From the IMG/VR virus record IMGVR_UViG_3300023171_000004, positions 1 through 40,230 of that record: a stretch of DNA of 40,230 bases; one strand, given 5' to 3'. Position 1 is the stretch's first letter. Each line of letters opens with the position of its first letter. A program made the position numbers and the translations under genes. The DNA is from a virus. Positions 1-7,559 of this stretch are shown here, piece after piece. Under the pieces are notes generated by a model. It worked only from the letters and a program-made list of their open reading frames with translations, was not told the origin of the DNA and did no database searches.

Positions 1-127
1 AGTAATATATCTGGTATAGGCGTTTCGTCTGCGGGAATAGAATATTTCAGCTCTGTGGGTGGAGGAACTGGAGTTCATTATTTTAGAGGGGGAACTATTA
101 ATATAGATGGCAGTATGAACGTAGGCA
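1..127. repeat. Exact 127-bp direct terminal repeat, copy 1 (identical to 40104..40230); circular-closure or terminal-redundancy overlap
   Basis: Base-by-base comparison: agtaatatatctggtatagg...cagtatgaacgtaggca occurs at both window ends. The reading frame is preserved across the join. Confidence 0.97.
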
Positions 128-924
128 GATCTGTTACATCTTCTTCTGCTTCCTTGCCTTTTATAAATCTAGGTGACGCATCTTTTTCTAGTACAGCAAA
201 TACGCCCGCAAATGCAAAAATAAGACTTTTTGCTAATACTGGCTTTGGCGTTTCATCAGCAGGATTAGAGTATTTTAGTCAAGTTAACGGAGCAACACAT
301 AGATTTAGAGGTAATAGTGTTATTATAGATGGAGATATGAATGTTGGGGAAAACGGCGGTACACCAGTCTTGAGAGTGGGCAATACGATTACTGGACTTG
401 TTTCTGTAACACCTAAAATTTCAATTAGTCCCACTAGTTACGCTAGCTCTGCGGATGCGACAAACTCCCTAAAAGTAGAGTTATTTACTAATACCGGAAT
501 AGGAGTTTCTACGGACGGACTGCAGTATCGGTCTTTAGGAACATCTGATAAAAACCATCACTTTAGGGATGGGAAAATGATAATAGATTACACTTTACAA
601 GTTAAAAATAAATCAAACGGACTACAAACCGATAGTTTAGTTACCTCAAATCCTACTACAGGTGAACTTAGAAAAATTGCTAATAATTATTCCATATCAT
701 CCAACTACACCGCCTCTGGCAACGGTTCGGCAACAACCATAGTTATACCTCACGGATTGACAGGGGTTAGTTCTACGAGTGCTGTGCAGGTCGGAGCAAG
801 AAACGCAGCTAGTGCTGGGATAAGCTATTGGACTAGTGATGCTACTAACATTAATATCGTATATACCGTAGCACCAGCGAGCGGAACCAATAATTTGTCA
901 TATACCATCTCAATTAAACCATAA
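1..924 (+). CDS. 3' portion of a junction-spanning fibre-like SGNH esterase gene (5' portion is 38613..40230; bases 1..127 duplicate 40104..40230; about 2415 nt, 804 codons on the circular map)
   Basis: The frame of track ORF 55..924 is open from base 1 and in phase with 38613..40230 through the overlap. It encodes repeats 2-4 of a ~70-aa tandem repeat (ANTPAxxKIRLF..GxGVSSAGxEYFS..HxFRG..IDGxMNVG) plus a beta-rich C-terminal domain. Stop TAA at 922..924. Confidence 0.85.
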   Translation, partial: SNISGIGVSSAGIEYFSSVGGGTGVHYFRGGTINIDGSMNVGRSVTSSSASLPFINLGDASFSSTANTPANAKIRLFANTGFGVSSAGLEYFSQVNGATHRFRGNSVIIDGDMNVGENGGTPVLRVGNTITGLVSVTPKISISPTSYASSADATNSLKVELFTNTGIGVSTDGLQYRSLGTSDKNHHFRDGKMIIDYTLQVKNKSNGLQTDSLVTSNPTTGELRKIANNYSISSNYTASGNGSATTIVIPHGLTGVSSTSAVQVGARNAASAGISYWTSDATNINIVYTVAPASGTNNLSYTISIKP

Positions 925-1445
925 TGAAAAAGTTAATCATCTACCTATTATTTTTATTACCACTAAGTGGATTTTCTCAGGCCCTATCTTTGCCATCAGT
1001 ATTCTTTAGTACCCGAACAGATATGCGGGGACAAAAAGGAACAGAAGGTGTTCAAGTTCTCCTTAACGGATTACTAACAACAAACGACGGTAATGGAGGT
1101 GTTTATATGTGGAACGCGACATCCACCGATACGGATGATGGATTTGTTACGCTTGCTGTAACGGGTGTGACTACGGGGAGATGGAAGCGTATTGGGAACG
1201 GTAATACTTTAAAGTTTAGCAGAAATTCTAGCGGAACTGTATTACAAACGGCATATCAAATAAATTATGACGTCCCGTTACCTTTTGTGCCTATTACCGT
1301 TATCGCTATACCTAGATCCGCCCCTGCAGCTGCATTATGTTATGTGACAAATATCACTAATACCGGATTTACATTGAATTATTTAACGGTACCAATTTTA
1401 GGAACAAACAATATAATCAACGATTTTATCGTAATTAAACAGTAA
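924..1445 (+). CDS. Exported beta-rich protein of the fibre operon (Sec-type signal peptide)
   Basis: The ATG overlaps the upstream stop (TAATG). The N-terminus MKKLIIYLLFLLPLSGFSQA/LS is a canonical signal peptide. The C-terminus ...VPILGTNNIINDFIVIKQ resembles the end of the preceding protein (...APASGTNNLSYTISIKP). Confidence 0.7.
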   Translation: MKKLIIYLLFLLPLSGFSQALSLPSVFFSTRTDMRGQKGTEGVQVLLNGLLTTNDGNGGVYMWNATSTDTDDGFVTLAVTGVTTGRWKRIGNGNTLKFSRNSSGTVLQTAYQINYDVPLPFVPITVIAIPRSAPAAALCYVTNITNTGFTLNYLTVPILGTNNIINDFIVIKQ

Positions 1446-1762
1446 TGGCAAATTTTTCAGCAACGCAGTCTTTTCAAACCCAGGGTTTATGCGAAAAGAT
1501 AATCTCAACAGATACATCAGATTATGTAGGTAATACAGAGGGCTATACAGAGGATGATATAGAGTACAGGAGATGGACATTTAGAAATTCATCTGGAACA
1601 ATCATAAAGACGTTTGAAACGGATAATAAAACTATCAGATCTTGTGATTGTGCGATCAGCCTATTGACACTTAATATTAGTATTGAACTACTTGTTAGAT
1701 TTGATAACAATCAATCTTTCGGAGTTCAAAATACATTGCTTTTAGCCTGTTTAGGATTGTAG
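1445..1762 (+). CDS. Hypothetical protein, last gene of the fibre operon
   Basis: 105-codon ORF whose ATG overlaps the upstream stop (TAATG); followed by a hairpin at 1767..1796. No recognisable motif. Confidence 0.55.
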   Translation: MANFSATQSFQTQGLCEKIISTDTSDYVGNTEGYTEDDIEYRRWTFRNSSGTIIKTFETDNKTIRSCDCAISLLTLNISIELLVRFDNNQSFGVQNTLLLACLGL

Positions 1763-1766
1763 AAAT

Positions 1767-1796
1767 ATATAGCCCTTCTTAGTTGAGGGGCTATAT
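1767..1796. terminator. Hairpin between convergent operons (terminator candidate)
   Basis: ATATAGCCC (1767..1775) pairs with GGGCTATAT (1788..1796) around a 12-nt loop. It sits where + strand fibre genes and - strand YopX-operon genes converge. There is no clean T-run. Confidence 0.5.
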
Positions 1797-1925
1797 CCCC
1801 AAATGTATATCGCTATCATCTTCCTTATCATCCTTAACTCGTCGATCAGGTAATATGTAAGGCCAGAAGTAAAGGATTGCTACTAGTATTGCGACACCGA
1901 TTACAGCGAATAGTTCTTTTGTCAT
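1791..1925 (-). CDS. 44-aa single-pass membrane micro-protein
   Basis: Hand translation gives MTKELFAVIGVAILVAILYFWPYILPDRRVKDDKEDDSDIHLGI. The ATG overlaps the upstream stop (ATGA). It is below the ORF-track size cutoff. Confidence 0.45.
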   Translation of the reverse strand: MTKELFAVIGVAILVAILYFWPYILPDRRVKDDKEDDSDIHLGI

Positions 1926-2089
1926 TTATTTATCTCCTCCGTATTAATCATAAACCAATCATTTGGGGAAGTCCAGATCAGTGTATTCGTGTTCATTTCC
2001 AGAACTATATTACACTCAATGAACATGCCTTTCTGCATTACACCTTCCTGTTCAAACTCAGTAGGCTCTTTGAAATCTACCCTTACCAT
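1922..2089 (-). CDS. 55-aa hypothetical protein
   Basis: Hand translation gives MVRVDFKEPTEFEQEGVMQKGMFIECNIVLEMNTNTLIWTSPNDWFMINTEEINK. Start and stop overlap both neighbours (ATGGTAA upstream, ATGA downstream). Confidence 0.45.
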   Translation of the reverse strand: MVRVDFKEPTEFEQEGVMQKGMFIECNIVLEMNTNTLIWTSPNDWFMINTEEINK

Positions 2090-2190
2090 CCCTTATCTCC
2101 TTTCATAAAAGGTTTATCAGCAGGGAATATCTTGCAGTCTGAAAGCATCAGTGCGTAGATGGCGATTATTATTGCGATTGTTGCGATCAT
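2083..2190 (-). CDS. 35-aa membrane micro-protein
   Basis: Hand translation gives MIATIAIIIAIYALMLSDCKIFPADKPFMKGDKGW. The ATG overlaps the YopX stop (ATGA). Confidence 0.4.
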   Translation of the reverse strand: MIATIAIIIAIYALMLSDCKIFPADKPFMKGDKGW

Positions 2191-2564
2191 GATAGTAGGT
2201 TGTGTTGGTTAATATTGCCGATTACTTTAAAATGTTTACCTGTGCTATCATCCATGTGTGTTACGTCTGCAATCCATTCTTTGTTGCCGTTACACAAGCA
2301 AAAAGAACCATCTATAAACATTATTTGATATTTTGATGGCTCCCAATAGGAGCAACTAACTATATCGCTCTCGTAAATCTCGACCCCGTTCTTGTCGGTA
2401 AGTCCGGTGAATTGACCAACTGTATTTACATCTACCACCGATGTTTCAGTCCCATCTAATGAAGTAATATAACCAATTCCTGCGTAGTCTTTACAGAAAT
2501 AACCGTAAACCCATTCCTTTGAGGTTGTGCAGATCGCCCTAAACTTTATCTCTCTGTTTTCCAT
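2187..2564 (-). CDS. YopX-family phage protein
   Basis: MENREIKFRA..., VGQFTGLTDKNGVEIYESDIV and the C-terminal VIGNINQHNLL are the motifs I associate with YopX (PF09643). The start is moved to the ATG at 2564, which lies 4 nt after the box TATTATTG. Confidence 0.8.
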   Translation of the reverse strand: MENREIKFRAICTTSKEWVYGYFCKDYAGIGYITSLDGTETSVVDVNTVGQFTGLTDKNGVEIYESDIVSCSYWEPSKYQIMFIDGSFCLCNGNKEWIADVTHMDDSTGKHFKVIGNINQHNLLS

Positions 2565-2628
2565 AACACAATAATACACCATATTTAATTATTTCCGTAT
2601 ATTGTAACGAATTTAATACATAAGATAA

Positions 2629-2769
2629 ATGAAAACAGAAGATCGATTATTTTGTAAAGACAGATCAGAATGCCCGGCAGGTCATTCATGCTTAAACGGT
2701 AGGTGTGTTGAGGACATTACACCACCGCCCCCGGGAGATACCACTAAAAAACCTAAAGGCAAGAAATGA
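2629..2769 (+). CDS. 46-aa cysteine-rich mini-protein with a Pro/Lys-rich tail
   Basis: Hand translation gives MKTEDRLFCKDRSECPAGHSCLNGRCVEDITPPPPGDTTKKPKGKK, with Cys spacing C-x5-C-x5-C-x4-C. The stop overlaps the next ATG (ATGA). Confidence 0.45.
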   Translation: MKTEDRLFCKDRSECPAGHSCLNGRCVEDITPPPPGDTTKKPKGKK

Positions 2770-3158
2770 AATTAAAAGCTATTATATCTGGATTGATGGT
2801 TATATCTCACGTCGCTTTAATGGTGTGGTATTATAGCCGTCCGTCTGGGTGGGCTGTCGAAAATCACGAACTTGCTTCTTTAACGTTTTATGGTATAGGA
2901 TTTATGCTTATTGGTATAAATATGTTTATCGGGGCATCAAATGTATCATTCCCTATTCAAACTGAAATCGCCAAGTTCCATTCGGTTTTTGTTCTCCTTT
3001 TAGGTACGATTTATGTGTTACATTACACAGGTTTAATGACAACTACTAATAAGGAGAAACTCATTATGATATGTGCAGGGGCTTTGGTAATTTTGATTAT
3101 AATTCTTGTAAGTGCATGGAGGCATGGATTTTTCAAGAAAGAAACTTACGACTTATAA
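2766..3158 (+). CDS. Membrane protein with about four TM segments; holin candidate
   Basis: 130 aa with four hydrophobic stretches, located upstream of the endolysin. No family motif recognised. Confidence 0.55.
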   Translation: MKLKAIISGLMVISHVALMVWYYSRPSGWAVENHELASLTFYGIGFMLIGINMFIGASNVSFPIQTEIAKFHSVFVLLLGTIYVLHYTGLMTTTNKEKLIMICAGALVILIIILVSAWRHGFFKKETYDL

Positions 3159-3168
3159 ATCTAACCAA

Positions 3169-3432
3169 ATGACAAACGAGACGCTCGCAATAGCTGAGAA
3201 AATACTCTACACAATCGGGATTGTAACTGGCTTCTGGAAATTTACAGATACTTTTTTCGCATACTTACATAAAAGACAAAAAGGCTTCTTAGATGAGTTG
3301 ATCGAAGAAAAGTTAAAGTTAGAGCTACATTCTTTAAAAGAGGATATAGCCGAGATGAAAAGGCAACGTGAACAGGATAATAAAACCCAATTTGAACAAT
3401 ACAGGCAGATACTAAACGAACTAAAGAAATGA
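3169..3432 (+). CDS. 87-aa N-terminally anchored coiled-coil protein (lysis-cluster accessory, spanin-like architecture)
   Basis: The start is trimmed to the ATG at 3169, after the upstream stop. There is a hydrophobic ILYTIGIVTGFW segment followed by a charged heptad-like tail (LKEDIAEMKRQREQ). Confidence 0.55.
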   Translation: MTNETLAIAEKILYTIGIVTGFWKFTDTFFAYLHKRQKGFLDELIEEKLKLELHSLKEDIAEMKRQREQDNKTQFEQYRQILNELKK

Positions 3433-3692
3433 ACGGTATAGAAAATAGGGAGATAAGAGGTATAACCAATAGACTTGTAGTTACTATTGGTATTGCTGTG
3501 GTAACATTGACAGCTGGAGGTGTTGCTTTTTACAATGGGTTAATGAATAAAATTGATAAAGTAGCCAACACCCAGGAATCCCGTAAAATAGAAGTTGATC
3601 TCCAATTTCAAGCTATTAGCGAAAACATACAAGGTGTAAAGGAAGATGTTAAGGAATTAAAAGGCGATATTAAGGATATGCGGAATAACTAA
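3429..3692 (+). CDS. 87-aa N-terminally anchored coiled-coil protein (second of a pair)
   Basis: ATGA overlap with the upstream gene. TM segment LVVTIGIAVVTLTAGGVAF, then VKEDVKELKGDIKDM. Same length and architecture as 3169..3432. Confidence 0.6.
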   Translation: MNGIENREIRGITNRLVVTIGIAVVTLTAGGVAFYNGLMNKIDKVANTQESRKIEVDLQFQAISENIQGVKEDVKELKGDIKDMRNN

Positions 3693-3700
3693 ATTATAGT

Positions 3701-3708
3701 TATATTTG
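3701..3708 (+). promoter_or_regulatory. Bacteroidota-type -7 box TATATTTG upstream of the endolysin gene
   Basis: Exact TAnnTTTG match 16 nt before the ATG at 3725, in an intergenic gap. Confidence 0.4.
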
Positions 3709-3724
3709 ACTAAAACCAATCTAT

Positions 3725-4174
3725 ATGCCAGTATTAGGAAAAGCAAGTTTAGCAAAGTTAGAGGGCGTTCATCCTGACTTAGTAAAGGTCATTAAAGAAT
3801 CCATCAAAGAATCCCCAGTAGATTTCAGTATTGTTTATGGTGTTAGGTCAACTGCAGAACAGAAACGTTTATATGCTTTGGGCCGGTCGGTTGTTAATCC
3901 TGATGGTAAATCAGCCCGTAAGCCTTTAGGTAATATTGTTACTCAAAAGAACGGAACTACTAATAAATCAAATCATCAGGTTAAAAGCGATGGTTTTGGC
4001 CATGCAATAGATTTTGTCCCTTACATTAACGGATCTATTAATTGGAATGCTACCAATGAGTTTAAAGTAATTGCTGCTCACATTATGGCTACTGCTAAAT
4101 GTTTAGGCGTTAAGCTTGTTTGGGGCGGTTCATGGCGAACAATGGTTGACCTCCCGCATTTTGAGTTAGCATAA
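3725..4174 (+). CDS. Endolysin, zinc peptidase M15 family (VanY / L-alanyl-D-glutamate peptidase-like)
   Basis: LEGVHPDLVKVIK...YGVRSTAEQKRLY, SNHQVKSDGFGHAIDF and LVWGGSWRTMVDLPHFEL match the H..D...H zinc-ligand pattern of Peptidase_M15_4-type phage lysins. Confidence 0.85.
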   Translation: MPVLGKASLAKLEGVHPDLVKVIKESIKESPVDFSIVYGVRSTAEQKRLYALGRSVVNPDGKSARKPLGNIVTQKNGTTNKSNHQVKSDGFGHAIDFVPYINGSINWNATNEFKVIAAHIMATAKCLGVKLVWGGSWRTMVDLPHFELA

Positions 4175-4274
4175 TGGAAGAAATGCCACTAGAATTCTGG
4201 CAATCCATACGCCACATAAGTAGCTTCAAGAACAAAGATGAGTGGGATAAATATTTACAAGAACAAATAGAATT

Positions 4275-4547
4275 ATGGAAAAAACAATCATAGTAGACAA
4301 CCAGCCAGTACCAGAGTCACAAACTAAGGTTACTTTTGGCGCTATCAATTCAGCTACCCCTGATTGGGCTAAGTGGATATTCAGATCTGTTCTGATCATT
4401 ACATCAGTAGTATCTTTCTGGATTGCTAGTACATCACTGATAACCGAAGCTAATAAGCTGGAGATAGTATTGGCGTTAAAGGCATTAGACCTGCTTGCAT
4501 TCGGATTTAGTAAATTATTCGGTATCACTTTAGATGAAACGAAATGA
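4275..4547 (+). CDS. Small membrane protein (holin or lysis-accessory candidate)
   Basis: 90 aa with a hydrophobic core WAKWIFRSVLIITSVVSFWIASTSLI, immediately downstream of the endolysin. Confidence 0.55.
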   Translation: MEKTIIVDNQPVPESQTKVTFGAINSATPDWAKWIFRSVLIITSVVSFWIASTSLITEANKLEIVLALKALDLLAFGFSKLFGITLDETK

Positions 4548-4948
4548 GCCAACCCAAAACAATCTTCGGAAAGATCATAGCTGCAGTGCTATCCGTATTC
4601 ATTTCTAATTGGCCGAGCTTTGTTTCTAAGTTATGGAAGAAAGTACCAAACGATCTGCAGGATAAAGTAACAATCGGTGTTCGCGTAGTTGAACTTCTAA
4701 AGTCTTGCATTGATTCGCCTATTGCAGATGTCATTACCTATATTATCCCTGGCGAATTGGATGATAAGATTAAAGATCATTTACGCGCCGTTCTGCCTGT
4801 TATACTAGAGAAGTGGGAGTCTATGTCAGGTGAGGCCATTTATCATGGTATAGCTACTGAAATCAACTCAGAGCTAACGGGAATGACTTATGGACAATCC
4901 GCGTTAACTACTGAGGTTGCTTATCGGGCGGTTAAAGATGGTCTTTGA
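4544..4948 (+). CDS. Hypothetical protein with an N-terminal hydrophobic segment
   Basis: ATGA overlap with the upstream gene. IFGKIIAAVLSVFISNW segment. The 3' end overlaps convergent gene 4932..5141 by 17 nt. Confidence 0.55.
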   Translation: MSQPKTIFGKIIAAVLSVFISNWPSFVSKLWKKVPNDLQDKVTIGVRVVELLKSCIDSPIADVITYIIPGELDDKIKDHLRAVLPVILEKWESMSGEAIYHGIATEINSELTGMTYGQSALTTEVAYRAVKDGL

Positions 4949-5141
4949 GGGATAGGATAGATTTTTCTAATTTAGTGTACTCAGACGGATACAATTCCAA
5001 AGAATCGCAAGCTACCTCCGCTGCTTCGTCTAGTTTGGCGTTGGCATATAGTTTCATGGCTTCTAAACAATTATTTACAGATATGTAATCTGCATCACCA
5101 TTAGTTGTTTTGAATAGTACTTCAAGTGCTGTCTGTTTCAT
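4932..5141 (-). CDS. 69-aa hypothetical protein, last gene of the leftward early operon
   Basis: ORF with motif KLYANAKLDEAAEVAC, also present in 13267..13461. Confidence 0.5.
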   Translation of the reverse strand: MKQTALEVLFKTTNGDADYISVNNCLEAMKLYANAKLDEAAEVACDSLELYPSEYTKLEKSILSLKDHL

Positions 5142-5144
5142 AAT

Positions 5145-5675
5145 CTATTTTGTTTCTGATTGGAGGGCTTGCTTAACTTTTTGTCTGAATTCCGGCGCAA
5201 CTTCTAATAAATTGCCGTCAACTTCGTCGCAAATCAAATCGAAATCTTCAATTAAATCTTTAAACTTTTTATTTACAAGTTCTTCTTCACGAAGGCTCAA
5301 CATTAGGCTGGCATATTTCGCTTCAAGATGTTCTTTTAATAGAAGCAGATCATCAACTCTTGTTTGCAACTGATCGGATTTGGCTTTCGAATACAAAACA
5401 GCATACTCATGCATAGCATCAGTTACATCAGATAAATTGTGAACCGTGGTAACGTGTTTGAATAAAATATCTTCCTCGTTTGGCATTTCCTCCAACGTCA
5501 TCAGCTCTCCCGATTGAGGGGGTTGTTGTAATTGATCTATGGTATAGTCAGTACCATCTACAAAGCCAGCCTTATACATTGACTCTTTTGATTGGCTGTC
5601 AACTGTATCTTTTGACCTTGAAACAAATAACTTGTTTGCGTGGGATTCTATTTCTTCTTTACTTATTGTTTTCAT
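5145..5675 (-). CDS. Hypothetical acidic, coiled-coil-rich protein
   Basis: 176-codon ORF tightly packed in the leftward operon. No motif recognised. Confidence 0.6.
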   Translation of the reverse strand: MKTISKEEIESHANKLFVSRSKDTVDSQSKESMYKAGFVDGTDYTIDQLQQPPQSGELMTLEEMPNEEDILFKHVTTVHNLSDVTDAMHEYAVLYSKAKSDQLQTRVDDLLLLKEHLEAKYASLMLSLREEELVNKKFKDLIEDFDLICDEVDGNLLEVAPEFRQKVKQALQSETK

Positions 5676-5686
5676 CTCTGTTTATT

Positions 5687-5893
5687 TTAGTTAATTGGGG
5701 TGGTTAAGCATTTAGGTCGTATCTCGGTATTATCATTTCTATATTCGTATAAATGAATATCCTGTGGCAGGATAGGAAGCCATGCGTCATTCCTTTCATT
5801 AGAATACCATCCTTCTTCATCAATGCCCTTCTCAACTGTTTTTAATGGGAATCTTAAAACTTTTTCCCATGATTCTTTTATCTCTTTTTTCAT
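5687..5893 (-). CDS. 68-aa hypothetical protein
   Basis: The start is trimmed to the ATG at 5893 (MKKEIKESWEKV...), which overlaps the stop of a micro-gene (ATGA). Confidence 0.5.
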   Translation of the reverse strand: MKKEIKESWEKVLRFPLKTVEKGIDEEGWYSNERNDAWLPILPQDIHLYEYRNDNTEIRPKCLTTPIN

Positions 5894-6006
5894 AATAAAT
5901 ATTTTACAAATAAAAATATAGCTGATACGGCCACGCCTATAATCAGTGCTATAACTAAACATCCTTTTAGTAAGCTTTTCGCTATTTCATCGCCCATGTC
6001 GCCCAT
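5890..6006 (-). CDS. 38-aa single-pass membrane micro-protein
   Basis: Hand translation gives MGDMGDEIAKSLLKGCLVIALIIGVAVSAIFLFVKYLL, with an ATGA overlap to the next gene. Confidence 0.45.
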   Translation of the reverse strand: MGDMGDEIAKSLLKGCLVIALIIGVAVSAIFLFVKYLL

Positions 6007-6009
6007 CTT

Positions 6010-6396
6010 CTATCCTTCTTTAAGTATTAAATATTCATTGTTTTGAGGATTACCTCCTAGTGAGCGGATGAGGGAGTGAATGGATTGGATGGCGGTGCCT
6101 ACGTAACCAAATCCGACTTTGAATACTACTGTGTAATCATAGTAACTTTGGCCATAAACACGCTTAATTAAAGGCACCATCTCCCTAGCCTGTTCCTCTG
6201 TAATATCGGATAGCTTGGAGACTATTTGCCAGTTGCCAGATGGGATGTCTATTGATCCTAAAGTCATATCTGAATGCGGTGGATTCTGATACATATGCAG
6301 TCCATCAACATCAATTTCAAAATCATCTGCTTCGTTAGGCGTAGGCACAAACAACCATCTTTGGCCGTTGTGGGCGTGTGAAAATATTCTGCTCAT
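6010..6396 (-). CDS. Hypothetical protein
   Basis: 128-codon ORF in the leftward operon. No motif recognised. Confidence 0.6.
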   Translation of the reverse strand: MSRIFSHAHNGQRWLFVPTPNEADDFEIDVDGLHMYQNPPHSDMTLGSIDIPSGNWQIVSKLSDITEEQAREMVPLIKRVYGQSYYDYTVVFKVGFGYVGTAIQSIHSLIRSLGGNPQNNEYLILKEG

Positions 6397-6398
6397 AT

Positions 6399-6587
6399 CT
6401 AAGATATTACTTTACAGTTTGATTTATATTCATTTAACCCTATATCGTCATTTATTACTCTTCGAGTGATAGGATCTAATTGTTCTAATAATGTGTATTT
6501 TTCGTTATCGTAAGTATAGTTTTTGGCGGTAAAAACATCACCTACTGACGGGTATTTGTCAAGTGACTCTATTATTTGTACTATCAT
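6399..6587 (-). CDS. Hypothetical protein
   Basis: 62-codon ORF, 2 nt from the downstream gene. Confidence 0.5.
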   Translation of the reverse strand: MIVQIIESLDKYPSVGDVFTAKNYTYDNEKYTLLEQLDPITRRVINDDIGLNEYKSNCKVIS

Positions 6588-6590
6588 GAT

Positions 6591-6740
6591 TTATACTTCT
6601 TTAATCCGTAAAACACCAAACACAGTACCTACTTCTTTACCTTTAGGCATCTGCAATATGTACCATGCTTTGTAGGCAGCTTTGGTCACTCTTAACGATA
6701 CTTGACTGTCAAGCATTATTTTGCGTTGGGTTTTGGTCAT
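6591..6740 (-). CDS. 49-aa basic hypothetical protein
   Basis: Hand translation gives MTKTQRKIMLDSQVSLRVTKAAYKAWYILQMPKGKEVGTVFGVLRIKEV. ATGA overlap with the upstream gene. Confidence 0.4.
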   Translation of the reverse strand: MTKTQRKIMLDSQVSLRVTKAAYKAWYILQMPKGKEVGTVFGVLRIKEV

Positions 6741-7183
6741 GATTTCTGTAATTTACGTCCAGCATCTGTAAGCGCTTGTAATTTCTTCCACTCCTCAGGG
6801 TATGTTTTAGCAAACCATTTATTGCGGTCAGATTCTATTTTACAGTACTCCTCCTCGTCAAATTTTTTTGGTGCAAATTCGGGAGCATCATATTCTTTAA
6901 ATTCACCATCTAATGAAGCGTGAGTGTAATTAGGCCATCCTCCATTAATAAGTTTATGAACAGCCAACCCAGCTTGATTTGACAATAAGAAGCTACCGTT
7001 ATCATGAATTACCTTAACGGCAGGGATAAGAGCAAATTTATGCTTCCATTCAGCACCGACTTTATTCATATTGCATTCGTAGTTATACCAATAAAGAGGT
7101 TTTTCTAGGTTTTCTTTAACTGTTACGTATCCAAATTTAACCTCTACTGGTTCACCTTGCCATTTATATATCTTGCTTTTCAT
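6737..7183 (-). CDS. Hypothetical protein
   Basis: 148-codon ORF with a 4-nt overlap to the upstream gene. No motif recognised. Confidence 0.6.
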   Translation of the reverse strand: MKSKIYKWQGEPVEVKFGYVTVKENLEKPLYWYNYECNMNKVGAEWKHKFALIPAVKVIHDNGSFLLSNQAGLAVHKLINGGWPNYTHASLDGEFKEYDAPEFAPKKFDEEEYCKIESDRNKWFAKTYPEEWKKLQALTDAGRKLQKS

Positions 7184-7374
7184 CCTTCAATCCTTTTTAC
7201 ATCCTCAATCCTAACTCTTATGATCTCGGAATCATTTTCTATTTCCAGGAAGTTTACAGTTCCTGATCTGCTTAATTCTTGCGTAACCTCGATTGACGTT
7301 GCTTGTAGCTCCGAGACGGTTACATTCTTACCTTTGATAATTAAGGCTTGGGGGTTGGATAGGTGGATGCTCAT
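7180..7374 (-). CDS. Hypothetical acidic 64-aa protein
   Basis: ORF that shares one base (7374) with the upstream RHH-like gene. Confidence 0.5.
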   Translation of the reverse strand: MSIHLSNPQALIIKGKNVTVSELQATSIEVTQELSRSGTVNFLEIENDSEIIRVRIEDVKRIEG

Positions 7375-7559
7375 TACTTCTTAGTCCTCTTAATAGTTGC
7401 AATTAATTCCTCTCCTGAAATCCTAGTCACTAATCCATTATTTCTCGCTTCATATTCAAATTGACCTGAACGAGATCTGCCTTGCTCTTTTGCTCTCTCA
7501 TCAAAAATAGCCATGGCCGATGGAGTAGCATTAATTGTATATGTTTTTTTCTTTTCCAT
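7374..7559 (-). CDS. Ribbon-helix-helix (Arc/CopG-like) regulator candidate, first gene of the leftward operon
   Basis: A short beta-like TYTINATPS segment is followed by helical AMAIFDERAKEQGRSRSGQFEYEA. The gene sits at a divergent control region, with its ATG 4 nt after the box TACCTTTG. Confidence 0.5.
   Translation of the reverse strand: MEKKKTYTINATPSAMAIFDERAKEQGRSRSGQFEYEARNNGLVTRISGEELIATIKRTKK

Noticed and set aside
1-127. The terminal repeats as prophage att sites, LTRs or transposon ends.
   Set aside because: They are direct repeats lying inside one continuous coding frame. The gene content between them is a full phage genome with no host flanks.
1877-2158. 93-aa + strand TTG-start ORF.
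   Set aside because: The opposite strand carries three micro-genes linked by start/stop overlaps that continue the YopX operon to a hairpin. The + strand ORF has a non-ATG start, no upstream signal, and would run head-on into that operon.
4226-4734. Other shadow ORFs: 4226..4552(-), 4525..4734(-), 3242..3469(-), 1398..1580(-), 5110..5373(+), 5480..5707(+), 6702..6923(+), 7157..7384(+), 8216..8404(-), 9838..10026(-), 11341..11526(-), 11881..12168(-), 17052..17246(-), 17458..17682(-), 23985..24179(-), 24345..24587(-), 24745..24945(-), 25223..25420(+), 25490..25681(-), 26434..26664(+), 38058..38373(-).
   Set aside because: Each is antisense to, or out of frame within, tightly packed and operon-consistent genes. 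Their translations are Leu/Ser/Phe/Ile-rich with no motifs, and they lack coupling or promoter context.
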